Shown: in pieces, positions 62,874-64,000 of the stretch
How the letters are laid out: each line of letters opens with the position of its first letter
Position numbering within the stretch: position 1 is the first letter of the stretch
Source of the DNA: Thermoanaerobaculia bacterium
Lineage (GTDB): Bacteria > Acidobacteriota > Thermoanaerobaculia > Multivoradales > Multivoraceae
Direction of reading: 5' to 3'
NCBI GenBank assembly: GCA_963666565.1
Contig: OY762911.1
Span: forward strand, 1,344,001 to 1,408,000
DNA: 64,000 nt
Notes under the pieces: model-generated
What the model was told of the DNA's origin: nothing
What the model saw: only the letters and a program-made list of their open reading frames with translations
Database searches by the model: none
Made by a program: the position numbers and the translations under genes

Positions 62874-64000
62874 GTGAAGAGTGCTCGCGCGCTCGGAGGC
62901 GGGTCGGCGGTGACGGTCCTTGCGCTGAGCATCGGATTCGGCGCCGTACTCCAGGCCCAGGACGCGGCATCGACCTTCGTGCCGGTTACGGACGAGATGC
63001 TCCGGAATCCGCCGGCGTCGGAGTGGCTCATGTTCCGGCGCACGTTCGACAGTTGGGGGTACAGCCCGCTCGACCGGGTCGACCGCGAGAATGTCCACCG
63101 GTTGAGCCTGGTCTGGTCGCGGGAGATCGAGGTCGGCACCTCCGAGATCACGCCCTTGGCCTACGACGGCGTCCTCTACATCCCCTCCTTCGAGGACACG
63201 ATCGAGGCGTTCGACTCGACCACCGGCGCGTTCATCTGGCGCTACACGCGGGAGCAGCCCGAGGACCTCTACGCGCAGGTCGGCTTCAACGCGAAGAACA
63301 ACCGGAACATCGCGATCTACGACCGCCTGATCCTGAACAACAGCGACGACAACCACGCCTTCGCCCTCGACGCCGAGACCGGCGAGCTGGTCTGGGAGAC
63401 GCGGATCCTGGACTGGCAGGTGAATCCCGCCACCCACAGCTCGGGCCCGATCGTCGCGGACGGCCGCGTCGTCTCGGGAAGGAGCTGCCGCCCCTGGGGC
63501 GGGCCGGAGTCCTGCATCATGATCGCGCTCGACGCGCTGACCGGCGAGGAACTCTGGCGGACGCGGACCATGCCGGCCCCGGGCGAGCCGGGCGACGAGA
63601 CCTGGGGCGACGTGCCGTTCGAGAAGCGGCACCACGTCGGCACCTGGATGGTGCCGAGCTACGACCCGGAACTCGAACTCATCTACTTCGGCACCGCCGT
63701 CACCTCGCCGGCGCCGAAGTTCATGCTGGGCGGCACGGAACTCACGCACCTGTACCACAACTCGACCCTGGCGCTCGACGCGGAAACGGGCGAGATCCGT
63801 TGGTACTTCCAGCACCTGAACGACCACTGGGACCTGGACCATCCGTTCGAACGCATCCTCGTCGACCTTCCGGTTTCGCCCGACCCGGAGGCGGTGCGCT
63901 GGATCCGGGAGGGCCTCGAACCGGGAGAGACGCGCAAGGTGATGACGGGCATCCCCGGCAAGACCGGCTTCGTCTACACGCTGGACCGTGAGACCGGCGA
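62874..64000 (+). CDS. PQQ-dependent dehydrogenase, partial (runs off right edge)
   Basis: Manual translation: VTDEMLRNPPASEWLMFRRTFDSWGYSPL, TPLAYDGVLY, SYDPEL, DHWDLDHPFE; TGCTAGAGT -10 at 62825-62833. Confidence 0.9.
   Translation, partial: MKSARALGGGSAVTVLALSIGFGAVLQAQDAASTFVPVTDEMLRNPPASEWLMFRRTFDSWGYSPLDRVDRENVHRLSLVWSREIEVGTSEITPLAYDGVLYIPSFEDTIEAFDSTTGAFIWRYTREQPEDLYAQVGFNAKNNRNIAIYDRLILNNSDDNHAFALDAETGELVWETRILDWQVNPATHSSGPIVADGRVVSGRSCRPWGGPESCIMIALDALTGEELWRTRTMPAPGEPGDETWGDVPFEKRHHVGTWMVPSYDPELELIYFGTAVTSPAPKFMLGGTELTHLYHNSTLALDAETGEIRWYFQHLNDHWDLDHPFERILVDLPVSPDPEAVRWIREGLEPGETRKVMTGIPGKTGFVYTLDRETG

Overview
High-GC bacterial chromosome segment. It is most likely Acidobacteriota (Thermoanaerobaculia-like, possibly a sponge-type symbiont); this is inferred from a VWFA-Acidobacterial protein, PQQ-dehydrogenase paralogs, DUF3604, a kexin-like FN3/PKD protease and high toxin-antitoxin (TA) density. 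About 55 CDS are supported. Housekeeping and metabolic genes include glyQS, folD, rarA, msrA, a Co-type nitrile hydratase operon, HMG-CoA synthase, a sulfite oxidase with cytochrome c, and two class-III aminotransferases. Regulatory modules are an ECF sigma/anti-sigma/PDZ operon and a NifA-like activator next to a sigma54-driven beta-barrel gene. Highlights: (1) a 9.4-kb type I R-M locus in which HsdS is fused to a minimal nucleotidyltransferase, preceded by a HEPN partner with a degenerate active site and interrupted by an ABC-ATPase/DUF4276 pair; (2) a kexin-like protease with no evident propeptide, followed by a stand-alone pro-domain-like gene (frameshifted here); (3) an orphan perfect sigma54 promoter reading into a structured, GGA-rich intergenic region (sRNA candidate); (4) a dispersed REP-like hairpin family (12 copies). 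No rRNA, tRNA, CRISPR array, integrase or transposase was seen. Family calls come from motif recognition by eye, not database searches, and several start codons are approximate.
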